64,000 nt of DNA, taken from NCBI RefSeq assembly GCF_040395035.1, contig NZ_JBEBRB010000001.1:81579-145578 (forward strand), in the 5' to 3' direction. Each line of letters begins with the position of its first letter. Position 1 is the first letter of the stretch. The notes beneath the pieces are model-generated. The model worked only from the letters and a program-made list of their open reading frames with translations, was not told the DNA's origin and did no database searches. Shown piece by piece: positions 49,396 to 59,501 of this stretch. Position numbers and translations under genes: made by a program. Source of the stretch: Parapedobacter lycopersici (GTDB lineage: Bacteria; Bacteroidota; Bacteroidia; Sphingobacteriales; Sphingobacteriaceae).

Positions 49396-49860
49396 ATGGA
49401 TAACAAGCCACTGAAAAGAAGCGCGTATTTAAAGTCCATCAGCCGCGATCACCACCATGGATTGCTGTTCTGCTGGAAAATCCGGGAAGGGTTCAAACGG
49501 GGTGTCGCCGCGGATCGTATTAAACAGTACGCCGACTGGTTCTGGCGGGCGCACCTCATCGATCATTTCGCCCTGGAAGAGCGGTACATCTTTCCCGTTC
49601 TTGGCGACGGCCACGAGCTGGTGAAACGGGCGCTTGCCGAGCATAGGCGGCTGAAGCGGTTGTTCGAACAGGAAACGGAAGTGTGGCGCTCCCTGAGTTT
49701 GATTGAAGAGGAACTGGACGAACACATCCGTTTTGAGGAGCGGGTGCTGTTCAGCGAGTTACAACGCGTGGCTACCACCCCGCAGCTGGCCGAGATAGCC
49801 GAACACCATGGCGGCGCGGCGCATGCGCCCGAGTGGGGAGACGAATTCTGGAAAGACTAA
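49396..49860 (+). CDS. Hemerythrin-domain protein
   Basis: SRDHHHGL, HF..EERYIFP, EH, HIRFEERVLF. Confidence 0.85.
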   Translation: MDNKPLKRSAYLKSISRDHHHGLLFCWKIREGFKRGVAADRIKQYADWFWRAHLIDHFALEERYIFPVLGDGHELVKRALAEHRRLKRLFEQETEVWRSLSLIEEELDEHIRFEERVLFSELQRVATTPQLAEIAEHHGGAAHAPEWGDEFWKD

Positions 49861-52800
49861 GTGGTCATATCCCGCAGTATGCGGATCGCCTGTTCAATAT
49901 CGGGAACCTGTTCAAAGGCTATGCGAAGGGAACCCTTTACCTCTTTCAGGTTGCAGATTGTCGGATTCTGCTGCACAAACTGCAATACCCTGCCAAACTG
50001 GTCGCTTTCAAAATAGCCCGGATTAGTGGAAAAATAACCCCGGAGCACCTGCTTCTTGAACGAAATTTTCTCAAAGCCGATTTCCCTCCCCAGCCATTGC
50101 AGGCGCAGCGTGTTGAGCAGCTCCTCTACCTGACGGGGCGTCGGACCGAAACGGTCGCGCAGCGATTGCCTAAAAGCTTCCAGTTGCTCTTCATTTTCGA
50201 GTTTGGCAATTTCATTATAGAGATTATACCGCTCACCTACATGGGTAACGTACTCATCGGGAATAAGCACTTCCAGGTCGGTATCAATCTGCGTGAATGA
50301 TACAAAATCACGCGGCTTAACATCCTTGAACAGGTCTGCAAATTCATCGTCCTTCAGTTCCTGTATAGCCTCGTCGAGGATTTTGTGGTACATTTCGAAG
50401 CCGATTTCGGCGATAAAGCCGCTCTGTTCCGCTCCCAGCAGGTTGCCGCTGCCCCGGATATCAAGGTCGCGCATAGCCACGTTAAAGCCGCTGCCGAGCT
50501 CCGAGAATTCCTCGATGGCGCTAAGCCGTTTATAAGCCTCGGCAGTAAGGGTAGACAGCGGTGGACTCAACAGGTAACAGAAGGCCTTTTTATTGGACCT
50601 GCCTACCCGTCCGCGCATCTGATGGAGATCGCTCAGCCCAAACATATGGGCGTGGTTGATGATAATCGTATTGGCATTGGGAATATCAAGGCCTGCCTCA
50701 ATGATGGTTGTGGCTACCAGGACATCGTATTCGTGGTTGATAAACTTGAGCATCACATCCTCAAGCGCATCGCCTTCCAATTGTCCGTGAGCCACGCCAA
50801 CGCGGGCCTGGGGCACCAGCTTCTTGATCATGTTGCCCAGCTGGGGGAGATCAGCCACGCGGTTGTGGATAAAAAACACCTGCCCCCCGCGGTCGATTTC
50901 ATACGAAACAGCCTCCTGGATCAGCGTTTCATTGAAGACGTGGAGTTCGGTCTGCACGGGCTGGCGGTTGGGTGGCGGTGTATTGATGATGCTGAGATCA
51001 CGGGCGCCCATCAATGAAAAATGCAACGTACGCGGAATCGGCGTAGCCGTCAGCGTAAGCGCATCCACGTTGGCACGGAGCTGCTTGAGTTTTTCCTTCA
51101 CTCCAACGCCGAATTTCTGCTCCTCGTCTACGATCATCAGGCCGAGGTCCTTAAACTTCACATCCTTGCTTACCAGCCGGTGTGTGCCGATTATGATATC
51201 CAGTTTACCTTCGGCAAGTCTTGCCAGGGTTGCCTTGATTTCTTTCGATGTCTTAAAACGGTTGATGTAGTCCACCGAGCAGGGAAACCCTTCAAGCCTT
51301 TCGGAAAACGTACGGTAATGCTGCATGGCCAGGATCGTGGTCGGTACCAGCACGGCCACCTGCTTGCTGTCGGCCACCGCCTTGAACGCCGCACGGACGG
51401 CTACTTCCGTTTTACCGAACCCTACGTCGCCGCATACCAGGCGGTCCATCGGGTGGGGCGATTCCATATCGCGCTTGACGTCTAGCGTAGCCTTCTCCTG
51501 ATCGGGGGTATCTTCATAGATAAATGAAGCCTCCAGCTCCGTCTGCAGGTACGTATCGGGGTTAAAGGCATTGCCGGTCTGGGCTTTGCGCTTGGCGTAA
51601 AGCCGGATCAGGTCACGCGCAATATCCTTAACTTTTTTTTTAGTGGTCTTCTTCAGTTTTTCCCACGCATCGGTACCCAGTTTGTTCATTTTGGGTACCG
51701 CACCCTCCTTTCCGCTGTACTTGGAAATGCGGTTGAGGGAATTGATGTTGACATACAGCAGGTCATTGTCTGCATATACCAACCGGATCATCTCCTGCAC
51801 CTTCCCGTTTACCTCCACCTTTTCCAGTCCGGCATACTTGCCGATACCGTGGTCAATATGTGTGATAAAATCCCCCGGCTTCAGCTCACGCAGCTCCTTG
51901 AGCGTAATCGCCTGGGAGCGTTCGTAGCCTTTTTTACGTTTATATTTATAATAACGGTCGAATATCTGGTGGTCAGTATAACAGGCGATGCCCCGGTCCA
52001 GATCGGCGAACCCTTCCCGCAGCGACAGGTGGATGGGTGTAAACGTAATGGATTTATCCAGGTCATCCAGGATAGCGATCAGCCGTTCGATCTGCTTCGG
52101 TGAATCACTGAAAATGCAGTTCTGCATTTTTGCCTGTTCATTTTCCCTGAAATTATGGATCAGCAGGTTAAAGTCCTTATTGAACGAAGGCTGCGGGCGC
52201 TGTGCAAACGTAATGGTGTGCGTGGCGTCGTAAAAAAACTGCTTGCCGAACTCCACGACGGCAAAGTCGCGCAACATGGCCGACAGGTTTTTTTCGTCGA
52301 CAAAATTAAACAACGGGTTTACCCATTCGGGATGCTGCTGTCTATCGGCTTCCGGAAGCGCTTTCCAGAGTTCCTGGGCTTTCTTATATCCCTTACCTAC
52401 CACATCCAGCGTAAACTGGACGTCCTTGAACCAGATGGCGGAATCCGCCGAAACGTATTCCAGCAAAGCGATGTTTCCTTCCGTGAGGAATTTCGCCTGC
52501 ACATTTGGTACAATCGTCACCGTCCGTATTTTGCTGACGGAAAGCTGGCTTTCCACATCAAACGTACGGATGCTATCAATGTCGTTCCCGAAAAACTCAA
52601 TGCGGTAAGGCAAGTCGTTCGAAAAAGAAAAAATATCCACGATACCGCCACGGATCGCGTACTGGCCCGGTTCGTATACGAAGTCGACCCGCTCAAACGC
52701 ATACTCCTGGAGGAATTCATTGATGAAATCGATATCCAATGACGCGTTCTGACTGATTTCCAATGTGTTTTTTTCCAGATCGGTCCGGTTGATCACCTTT

Positions 52801-53189
52801 TCAGCCAATGCTTCGGGGTAAGTGACCACCAACCGGGGCAGTTCCGACACATGGTTCAGCGTGTTCAATGTTTCTGCACGCTGCAGCACATGGGCGCTAT
52901 CGGTTTGGGTAAAATCAAATGCTTTGCGGTACGAAGCCGGGAAGAACAGTACCTGTTTGTCGAACAGGCTCTCCAGGTCACTCAGGAAATACGACGCCTC
53001 CTCATGGGTGGGCAGCACAAACACCATGGGCTTTTCCTGAAGCTGATAGCAAGCCACAGCCACCATCGCATCAGCCGACCCGATCAGTCCCTTAAGCTGG
53101 ACTTTCGGATTTTTTCCGTGCAATGCCTTCGTCAAGGCTGTTACGTGCTCGCTTTGACGATAATTCGCTAATATATCATCGATGCCCAC
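49857..53189 (-). CDS. mfd: Transcription-repair coupling factor
   Basis: CarD-like HIDHGIGKY, DRLVCGDVGFGKTEV, DEEQKFG, TATPIPRTL, QMRGRVGR, RDLDIRG. GTG start at 53189 inferred from TAccTTTG about 20 nt upstream. Confidence 0.97.
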   Translation of the reverse strand: MGIDDILANYRQSEHVTALTKALHGKNPKVQLKGLIGSADAMVAVACYQLQEKPMVFVLPTHEEASYFLSDLESLFDKQVLFFPASYRKAFDFTQTDSAHVLQRAETLNTLNHVSELPRLVVTYPEALAEKVINRTDLEKNTLEISQNASLDIDFINEFLQEYAFERVDFVYEPGQYAIRGGIVDIFSFSNDLPYRIEFFGNDIDSIRTFDVESQLSVSKIRTVTIVPNVQAKFLTEGNIALLEYVSADSAIWFKDVQFTLDVVGKGYKKAQELWKALPEADRQQHPEWVNPLFNFVDEKNLSAMLRDFAVVEFGKQFFYDATHTITFAQRPQPSFNKDFNLLIHNFRENEQAKMQNCIFSDSPKQIERLIAILDDLDKSITFTPIHLSLREGFADLDRGIACYTDHQIFDRYYKYKRKKGYERSQAITLKELRELKPGDFITHIDHGIGKYAGLEKVEVNGKVQEMIRLVYADNDLLYVNINSLNRISKYSGKEGAVPKMNKLGTDAWEKLKKTTKKKVKDIARDLIRLYAKRKAQTGNAFNPDTYLQTELEASFIYEDTPDQEKATLDVKRDMESPHPMDRLVCGDVGFGKTEVAVRAAFKAVADSKQVAVLVPTTILAMQHYRTFSERLEGFPCSVDYINRFKTSKEIKATLARLAEGKLDIIIGTHRLVSKDVKFKDLGLMIVDEEQKFGVGVKEKLKQLRANVDALTLTATPIPRTLHFSLMGARDLSIINTPPPNRQPVQTELHVFNETLIQEAVSYEIDRGGQVFFIHNRVADLPQLGNMIKKLVPQARVGVAHGQLEGDALEDVMLKFINHEYDVLVATTIIEAGLDIPNANTIIINHAHMFGLSDLHQMRGRVGRSNKKAFCYLLSPPLSTLTAEAYKRLSAIEEFSELGSGFNVAMRDLDIRGSGNLLGAEQSGFIAEIGFEMYHKILDEAIQELKDDEFADLFKDVKPRDFVSFTQIDTDLEVLIPDEYVTHVGERYNLYNEIAKLENEEQLEAFRQSLRDRFGPTPRQVEELLNTLRLQWLGREIGFEKISFKKQVLRGYFSTNPGYFESDQFGRVLQFVQQNPTICNLKEVKGSLRIAFEQVPDIEQAIRILRDMTT

Positions 53190-53342
53190 TGCGGTAAAAC
53201 GGGGGCAAAGGTAACGAAAAAACGGCATTTCTGTACACGAAATAAACCTAAATAGCAACGTAGCAGGCACCCACCGCGCAGCAAGCAATTAAATTTCCCG
53301 GATTTTAACCTGATTTGGCGTTAATGTTGCTATATTGTTTTC

Positions 53343-53963
53343 ATGCTGAAAAAATGCACATTACTCATCGGGATAATTACTCTCCTGATGGCCTGCGGTT
53401 TGGACAAACAGGCAAAAGAACTGCGCGCACTGGAAAACTGCCGCTATGAATTTGTATCCGCTGACAGTATCTTTCTGGCCGGAACGGACGTGGGTCGGCT
53501 GATCGCCGGCGGCCGCCTTGATGTGGGGAGTCTTCCGGGCGTTGCGCTGGGGTTCTTAAACCGGGATGTCCCACTGTCCGGTTTATTACAGGTACGGGTC
53601 ACCAACCCGACCAGAAGCCGGGCCGGTATACAGCAATTCGCTTATAAAATCCTGATCGAGGACCGCGAGGTCATGGACGGAACGTCCGATCTTCCGGTCA
53701 TTATTCCAGCGGGGGAAACTGTCATTGTTCCGGTAAAATTGCAGGCAAATGTATATTCCTTTCTTTCCGACAGGCAAACCCAGGGCAAACTGCTGACGTT
53801 CCTGAAAAAGGTACAAAATGGCCAGTCGGACGAAAAAATCAAAGTAAGCCTGAAGATTAAGCCGACGCTTGCACTGGGCAATAAACAACTGAACTACCCC
53901 GGCTATATTACGGTTGACAAGGAGGTTGACGGCCGTATGCTCACCGGTAAACAGGTGCTGTAA
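53343..53963 (+). CDS. Lipoprotein, LEA_2/WHy-like
   Basis: Lipobox LMAC, VTNP, YKILI, IPAGETVIVPV. Confidence 0.65.
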   Translation: MLKKCTLLIGIITLLMACGLDKQAKELRALENCRYEFVSADSIFLAGTDVGRLIAGGRLDVGSLPGVALGFLNRDVPLSGLLQVRVTNPTRSRAGIQQFAYKILIEDREVMDGTSDLPVIIPAGETVIVPVKLQANVYSFLSDRQTQGKLLTFLKKVQNGQSDEKIKVSLKIKPTLALGNKQLNYPGYITVDKEVDGRMLTGKQVL

Positions 53964-54019
53964 TAAAAAATCGGCACAGATATACCTGAGGTTCCGTCGC
54001 CAAAAATTCACCACGGACC

Positions 54020-54592
54020 TTACGTGTGCTCCTCCCGGATATGGCGTTCCAGAAACTTAACCCGCTCCACAACAGGTACCAGGGGTACGTCAATCAATTG
54101 ATAGCCGTATTTGCTGTAGGTCTTTTTCATCATTTCATAGGTAAACACCGCCTCTTCCCACGTTTGCTTTCGTTCGGCGTCGGTATGATAGATTTCTGGC
54201 CAGGGAGGCAAAATAAACACACGGCGATGATAACGGTACCGGCTGGCCAGCTCCGGCTCGTCGGGAATTTCCAGACCGATCATGGCCGCATAACATAATG
54301 TATCCGGTATTCCCCGGTCAAAAAACACCACGCTGCCCGGTGTGTATTCATCCATCGTTTGCAGGTAGCTCTCCACGGACGTCTTTAGCATCAGCTGGGT
54401 ATAAGCGGCTTTATTTTGCCACGGCAGTGCATCACCGCCACAGGCAACCTGTTCCCGGATAATTTCACGGGCAACCTCTGGAATGCAGGGAAATTGTTTC
54501 GCCCGCAGGGCATCCAGCAGGGTTGTTTTGCCCGTTCCCGGTCCACCCGTGATCACGAAAAACCGGTTTGGAGGAAAACGCTGTTCACCCAT
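54020..54592 (-). CDS. P-loop ATPase (AAA_28 type)
   Basis: VITGGPGTGKTTLL, FFDRGIPD, ERKQT. Confidence 0.85.
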   Translation of the reverse strand: MGEQRFPPNRFFVITGGPGTGKTTLLDALRAKQFPCIPEVAREIIREQVACGGDALPWQNKAAYTQLMLKTSVESYLQTMDEYTPGSVVFFDRGIPDTLCYAAMIGLEIPDEPELASRYRYHRRVFILPPWPEIYHTDAERKQTWEEAVFTYEMMKKTYSKYGYQLIDVPLVPVVERVKFLERHIREEHT

Positions 54593-54636
54593 ACTGCAAA
54601 AAATCCGCCTTTCGGCCACTAACTAATAAAAGGGGG

Positions 54637-54909
54637 TTAGTCAAAGTCAAAAAAGTCGCCTAAAAAGGACTTTTTCTTACGGGGATGACTCTGGTGGTAC
54701 CGGTCGTCGTACTTCGGACGGTCGCGGTCGCGATCCCAATCTCCCGACGGGTTGCGGGAGGCATTTGTTTCTTCCCTTTCAGCGTAGCTGATAATTTTGT
54801 CGAGCTCACCCCGGTCCAGCCATATTCCCCTGCACGACGGACAATAATCGATCTCTACCTGATTCCTTACGGACATCAATAACGTTTCATTGCAATTCGG
54901 ACATTTCAT
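54637..54909 (-). CDS. zf-TFIIB-domain protein
   Basis: MKCPNC...EIDYCPSCRGIWLDRGELDKI, C-terminal KKSFLGDFFDFD. Confidence 0.88.
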   Translation of the reverse strand: MKCPNCNETLLMSVRNQVEIDYCPSCRGIWLDRGELDKIISYAEREETNASRNPSGDWDRDRDRPKYDDRYHQSHPRKKKSFLGDFFDFD

Positions 54910-55034
54910 CGTTACGTTAGTTATGTTTACAAACAAACATACCATTTTATCCGGGTCGTACCCCGGGATCATGGTAATAATATGGATACCTTGGTGCCTG
55001 TACTAAAAGATGCCGAAGTTCGGATAGCCGGGCG

Positions 55035-56084
55035 CTAACCGCCGTACTGTTCCGCGTAATATTGCTGATAATGGCCGGACGTTACATCCTGCAGCCATTC
55101 TTCATTTGCGAGGTACCAGTCCACCGTTTTTTCCAGCCCTTCCTCAAACTGCAGGCTGGGCTCCCAATCCAGGTCCTGTTTCAGCCTGGTGGCATCAATG
55201 GCATACCGCAAATCGTGCCCTGCGCGGTCTTTTACAAACGTGATGAGCTTGGCGGATTCCCCTGCTGCCCGCCCCAGTTTTTTATCCATAATCCGGCAGA
55301 GCAGCTGGATCAGGTCAATATTCTTCCATTCATTATGCCCGCCGATATTGTAGGTCTGGCCCGGGGCTGCCCCATGGAAGATCACATCAATAGCACGTGC
55401 ATGGTCCTCCACCCAAAGCCAATCGCGCACGTTCTCGCCTTTGCCATACACCGGCACCGGCCGGTTATTTTTAATATTATTAATGGCCAACGGGATCAGT
55501 TTCTCCGGAAAGTGGAAGGATCCGTAATTATTGGAACAGTTGGAAATCACCGTATCCAGCCCGTACGTATCATGGTACGCCCTTACAAAATGGTCAGAAG
55601 AAGCTTTGGATGCCGAATAAGGTGAATGGGGATCATACTTTGTCTCTTCGGTAAACATACCCGTATCGCCCAGTGCCCCGTAGACCTCGTCCGTAGACAC
55701 ATGATAAAACCGGTGTTCCGCATATTCGCCTTCCCAATACTTTTTCGCCGCGTTCAGCAGGTTTACGGTACCTACCACATTGGTCAGTACAAACTCCAGC
55801 GGACTGCTGATGGAGCGGTCGACATGCGACTCTGCCGCCAGGTGAATCACGGCCGCAGGCCGCTCAGCCGCAAACAGTTCATCCAGAAAAGCCGTGTCTG
55901 TGATATCGCCCTTCACAAACCGGTAGTTGGGCCGGTCTTCGATATCGCGAAGATTCGCCAAGTTACCGGCATAAGTCAACTTATCCAGGTTAATCACTTC
56001 GTAATCGGAATAACGGGTCACAAACCGCCGGACTACATGCGATCCGATAAACCCGGCTCCGCCGGTAATGATAATTTTTTTCAT
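55035..56084 (-). CDS. rfbB: dTDP-glucose 4,6-dehydratase
   Basis: TGGAGFIGSH, HLAAESHVDRSI, STDEVYG, YSASK, DRAGHDLRY. Confidence 0.96.
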   Translation of the reverse strand: MKKIIITGGAGFIGSHVVRRFVTRYSDYEVINLDKLTYAGNLANLRDIEDRPNYRFVKGDITDTAFLDELFAAERPAAVIHLAAESHVDRSISSPLEFVLTNVVGTVNLLNAAKKYWEGEYAEHRFYHVSTDEVYGALGDTGMFTEETKYDPHSPYSASKASSDHFVRAYHDTYGLDTVISNCSNNYGSFHFPEKLIPLAINNIKNNRPVPVYGKGENVRDWLWVEDHARAIDVIFHGAAPGQTYNIGGHNEWKNIDLIQLLCRIMDKKLGRAAGESAKLITFVKDRAGHDLRYAIDATRLKQDLDWEPSLQFEEGLEKTVDWYLANEEWLQDVTSGHYQQYYAEQYGG

Positions 56085-56102
56085 AATACAACTACTCAAT
56101 AA

Positions 56103-57131
56103 CTAACTCAGCGGATTCGTCTTCAAATACTGTTCCCATTTCCATGCCGACTGCATCATCTCTTCAATTCCCAATGCAGCCTTCCAGCCCAGCTTCTCGG
56201 TGGATTTCGTTACATCCCCCCACACCTGTTCCACATCTCCGGCACGGCGGGGTCCGATCTGATAATCAAGCTTCACACCCGTGGATTCCTCGAATGCCCG
56301 GATAACTTCCAGCACCGAATTGCCGGTGCCCGTCCCTACATTGAATACGTCGTAGTTTCCATCCGGGTTTCCTTGTTCCAGCAGGTCAATAGCTGCCACG
56401 TGTGCTCTGGCCAGATCCACCACATGGATATAATCGCGTATTGCCGAGCCGTCGGGCGTACTGTAGTCGTCGCCGAAAACCGTAATCGGGCCGCGCTTGC
56501 CAATTGCGCTTTGGGTAATAAACGGAATGAGATTCTGCGGCACACCAAGGGGCAGTTCGCCAATGAGCGCGCTTTCATGGGCACCCACCGGATTAAAGTA
56601 CCGAAGCGATATGATCCGGTAATTATCAGATGCCGCCGCTGTTTCAGACAGGATTTCCTCAGCAATCTGTTTCGTATTGCCATAGGGTGATTCGGCCTGC
56701 TTTACGGGTGCCGTTTCGGTTACCGGTAATTGATCGGGCTGGCCATATACGGTGCAGCTGGATGAAAACACAAAATTTACCGGCTTACCTGCATAGGCAT
56801 TAAGCAAGTTAATCAACGAAAATAAATTGTTGTGATAATATTTAAGCGGCTGTTGAACAGATTCACCCACGGCCTTATAAGCCGCAAAGTGAATGATCCC
56901 GCTGACATCCGGATTAGCCGCTACGAATGCCCGGACCCGCTGTTCGTCGCAAAGATCAAACTCGTGGAATTCCGGCTTTTCACCGGTAATTTTTTCAATC
57001 TGGTCAAGTACCCGCACATTGGAATTGGAAAGGTTATCCACAATTACCGGCGTATATCCGGCCTGCTGCAACGCAACCACCGTGTGCGAACCGATGTAGC
57101 CGGTACCGCCAGTTACTAAGATTTTGCTCAT
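56103..57131 (-). CDS. galE: UDP-glucose 4-epimerase
   Basis: TGGTGYIGSHT, HFAAYKAVGES, YGNTK, LRYFNPVGAH, RDYIHVVDLA. Confidence 0.96.
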   Translation of the reverse strand: MSKILVTGGTGYIGSHTVVALQQAGYTPVIVDNLSNSNVRVLDQIEKITGEKPEFHEFDLCDEQRVRAFVAANPDVSGIIHFAAYKAVGESVQQPLKYYHNNLFSLINLLNAYAGKPVNFVFSSSCTVYGQPDQLPVTETAPVKQAESPYGNTKQIAEEILSETAAASDNYRIISLRYFNPVGAHESALIGELPLGVPQNLIPFITQSAIGKRGPITVFGDDYSTPDGSAIRDYIHVVDLARAHVAAIDLLEQGNPDGNYDVFNVGTGTGNSVLEVIRAFEESTGVKLDYQIGPRRAGDVEQVWGDVTKSTEKLGWKAALGIEEMMQSAWKWEQYLKTNPLS

Positions 57132-58115
57132 TTATCGTTTATTATAATACGTAAAATCCTTATGTGCTATTTCCTGGTCGGGCAACGATTTAAAATAATC
57201 ATACGTAATCCGGAGCCCTTCTTCCCGCCCTACTTTGGGTTCCCATCCCAGGATTTCCCGCGCTTTGGTAATATCAGGCCGCCGCTGCTTGGGATCGTCC
57301 ACCGGCAGATCCCGGTAAACCAGCTGCCTGTCCGTACCGGTGAGTTTAATAATCTCCTCGCCAAACTGCCGGATGGTAATCTCATCGGGGTTACCGATGT
57401 TTACGGGATGCGGGTAGTCGCTCAGGAGCAGCCGATAAATACCCTCCACTTGATCGTCTACATAGCAGAAAGACCGTGTCTGGGAGCCGTCGCCGAAAAC
57501 CGTCAGGTCTTCGTCGCGCAATGCCTGCCCGATAAATGCCGGCAATACCCGGCCGTCATTGAGCCGCATCCGGGGACCATAAGTATTAAAAATGCGCACA
57601 ATACGTGTTTCCAGTCCATGGAAGGTGTGGTACGCCATGGTAATGGCCTCCTGAAAGCGCTTCGCCTCATCGTAAACACCCCGTGGTCCCACCGGGTTCA
57701 CATTTCCCCAGTACGTTTCCGGCTGGGGGCTTAGCGTAGGATCACCATACACTTCCGATGTAGAGGCTACCAGAATCCGGGCACCTTTCGCCCGGGCCAG
57801 GCCCAGCAGGTGGTGGGTACCCAGCGAGCCCACTTTCAGGGTCTGGATGGGGATCTTCAGGTAATCGATCGGGCTTGCTGGCGACGCAAAGTGAAGAATA
57901 TAGTCCAATTTGCCCGGCACATGCACAAAGGTAGATACATCATGCCGGTAAAATTCGAAATTAGGCAGCTTGAACAGGTGTTCAATATTACGGAGATCAC
58001 CCGTAATCAGGTTGTCCATCCCGATGACATGGTAATCTTCATGGATAAAACGATCGCAGAGGTGGGACCCCAAAAAACCCGCTGCACCAGTGATAAGTAT
58101 CCGCGCTTTTGACAT
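57132..58115 (-). CDS. UDP-glucuronic acid decarboxylase
   Basis: [44 protein letters not shown]. Confidence 0.93.
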   Translation of the reverse strand: MSKARILITGAAGFLGSHLCDRFIHEDYHVIGMDNLITGDLRNIEHLFKLPNFEFYRHDVSTFVHVPGKLDYILHFASPASPIDYLKIPIQTLKVGSLGTHHLLGLARAKGARILVASTSEVYGDPTLSPQPETYWGNVNPVGPRGVYDEAKRFQEAITMAYHTFHGLETRIVRIFNTYGPRMRLNDGRVLPAFIGQALRDEDLTVFGDGSQTRSFCYVDDQVEGIYRLLLSDYPHPVNIGNPDEITIRQFGEEIIKLTGTDRQLVYRDLPVDDPKQRRPDITKAREILGWEPKVGREEGLRITYDYFKSLPDQEIAHKDFTYYNKR

Positions 58116-58199
58116 AAGCTAATTTGCATATCATTTACCCCCTGAGCCCAATTGCTTAAGTAGGTAACTTTAGTTAAGTTTGAGGCGAATATAAGGATT

Positions 58200-59501
58200 A
58201 TGCAGGCAATTTACCTGGTCAGTATCAAAATTTACGGTTTATTTTTATGGCTGTTATCGCCCTTTCACGCCAAGGCCCGAAAGTGGGTCGGCGGTCGCCG
58301 GAATCTCCTGCACCGCATCGCACGGGAGGTTGATCCGGACCGCGGATGCATCTGGTTTCACTTTGCCTCACTGGGCGAGTTCGAGCAAGGACGCCCGGTA
58401 TTGGAGGCGTTGCGCGCCCGACGGACCGATAAGCCTTTTCTGGTCACTTTTTACTCGCCTTCGGGTTATGAAATCCGCAAAAACACCCCCTTGGCCGACC
58501 ACGTCTATTACCTGCCCGCCGACACCCCGCGCAATGCTCGCCGCTTTGTTGAACTGGTTAATCCCGAATTTGCGGTTTTCACCAAATACGAATACTGGCC
58601 GTATTATTTTCAGGCGCTGCACCGCAGGAACGTTCCCCTGTATCTGATTTCCGCTATTTTCCGGCCCGGACAGGTGTTCTTCCGCTGGTATGGGGGCCTG
58701 TTCCGCAAAGCACTCCGGTGCGTGACTTTCTTTTTCACCCAGAATGAAGAAAGCCTGCGGTTGCTGGCACCGCTGGGCCATACCAATGCCGTGCTTGCCG
58801 GGGATACCCGGTTCGACCGCGTGGTTACGCTGCCCCGGATGCGCAAAGAACTCCCCGGGATTGCAGACTTCGTAGCCGGTCATCCGGTGCTGGTCGCCGG
58901 CAGCACCTGGCCTGCAGACGAAGTCCTGCTCGCTGGTCTGCGCGGGCGGTATCCCGACTGGAAACTCATCCTTGCGCCGCATGAAATCCACGAAGAGCAC
59001 ATCCTTTCCATCGAAAAGCTATTTCCGGACAGCCAGCGGTATTCTCATATGAACGGAGGCACCGATCGGCTTTCAGTTACCGGAAATCAGGTCACCGGCC
59101 GCGCAACACCGGCCGTGGACCGTCGGCTATCAACCACCCTCATCATCGATAACATTGGTATGCTTTCCACGCTGTATGGTTACGGTCACGTAGCCTATAT
59201 CGGCGGCGGCTTTGGCAAGGGCATTCACAATACGCTGGAGGCGGCCACTTACGGCATTCCCGTTGTATTCGGCCCCAATTACCGGAAATTCCAGGAGGCA
59301 AAGGACCTGATCGTCGAAGGTGGCGGTTTCACGGTCGCGGACGCCGACGGACTGGCTGCGGTTTTTAACGAGCTGCAAACGGAGGGACAACGTCTCGTGG
59401 CCGGACGGAAGAGCGGGGCTTATGTGGCCCGCAAGGCCGGGGCCACAGCCATCATCATGGCAAAAATAGCGCCCGTACGGGAAAAAGGTTCCGGGAATTA
59501 A
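58200..59501 (+). CDS. waaA: 3-deoxy-D-manno-octulosonic acid (Kdo) transferase
   Basis: WFHFASLGEFEQG, GDTRFD, AGSTW, GGGFGKGIHNTLEAA, FGP. Confidence 0.92.
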   Translation: MQAIYLVSIKIYGLFLWLLSPFHAKARKWVGGRRNLLHRIAREVDPDRGCIWFHFASLGEFEQGRPVLEALRARRTDKPFLVTFYSPSGYEIRKNTPLADHVYYLPADTPRNARRFVELVNPEFAVFTKYEYWPYYFQALHRRNVPLYLISAIFRPGQVFFRWYGGLFRKALRCVTFFFTQNEESLRLLAPLGHTNAVLAGDTRFDRVVTLPRMRKELPGIADFVAGHPVLVAGSTWPADEVLLAGLRGRYPDWKLILAPHEIHEEHILSIEKLFPDSQRYSHMNGGTDRLSVTGNQVTGRATPAVDRRLSTTLIIDNIGMLSTLYGYGHVAYIGGGFGKGIHNTLEAATYGIPVVFGPNYRKFQEAKDLIVEGGGFTVADADGLAAVFNELQTEGQRLVAGRKSGAYVARKAGATAIIMAKIAPVREKGSGN

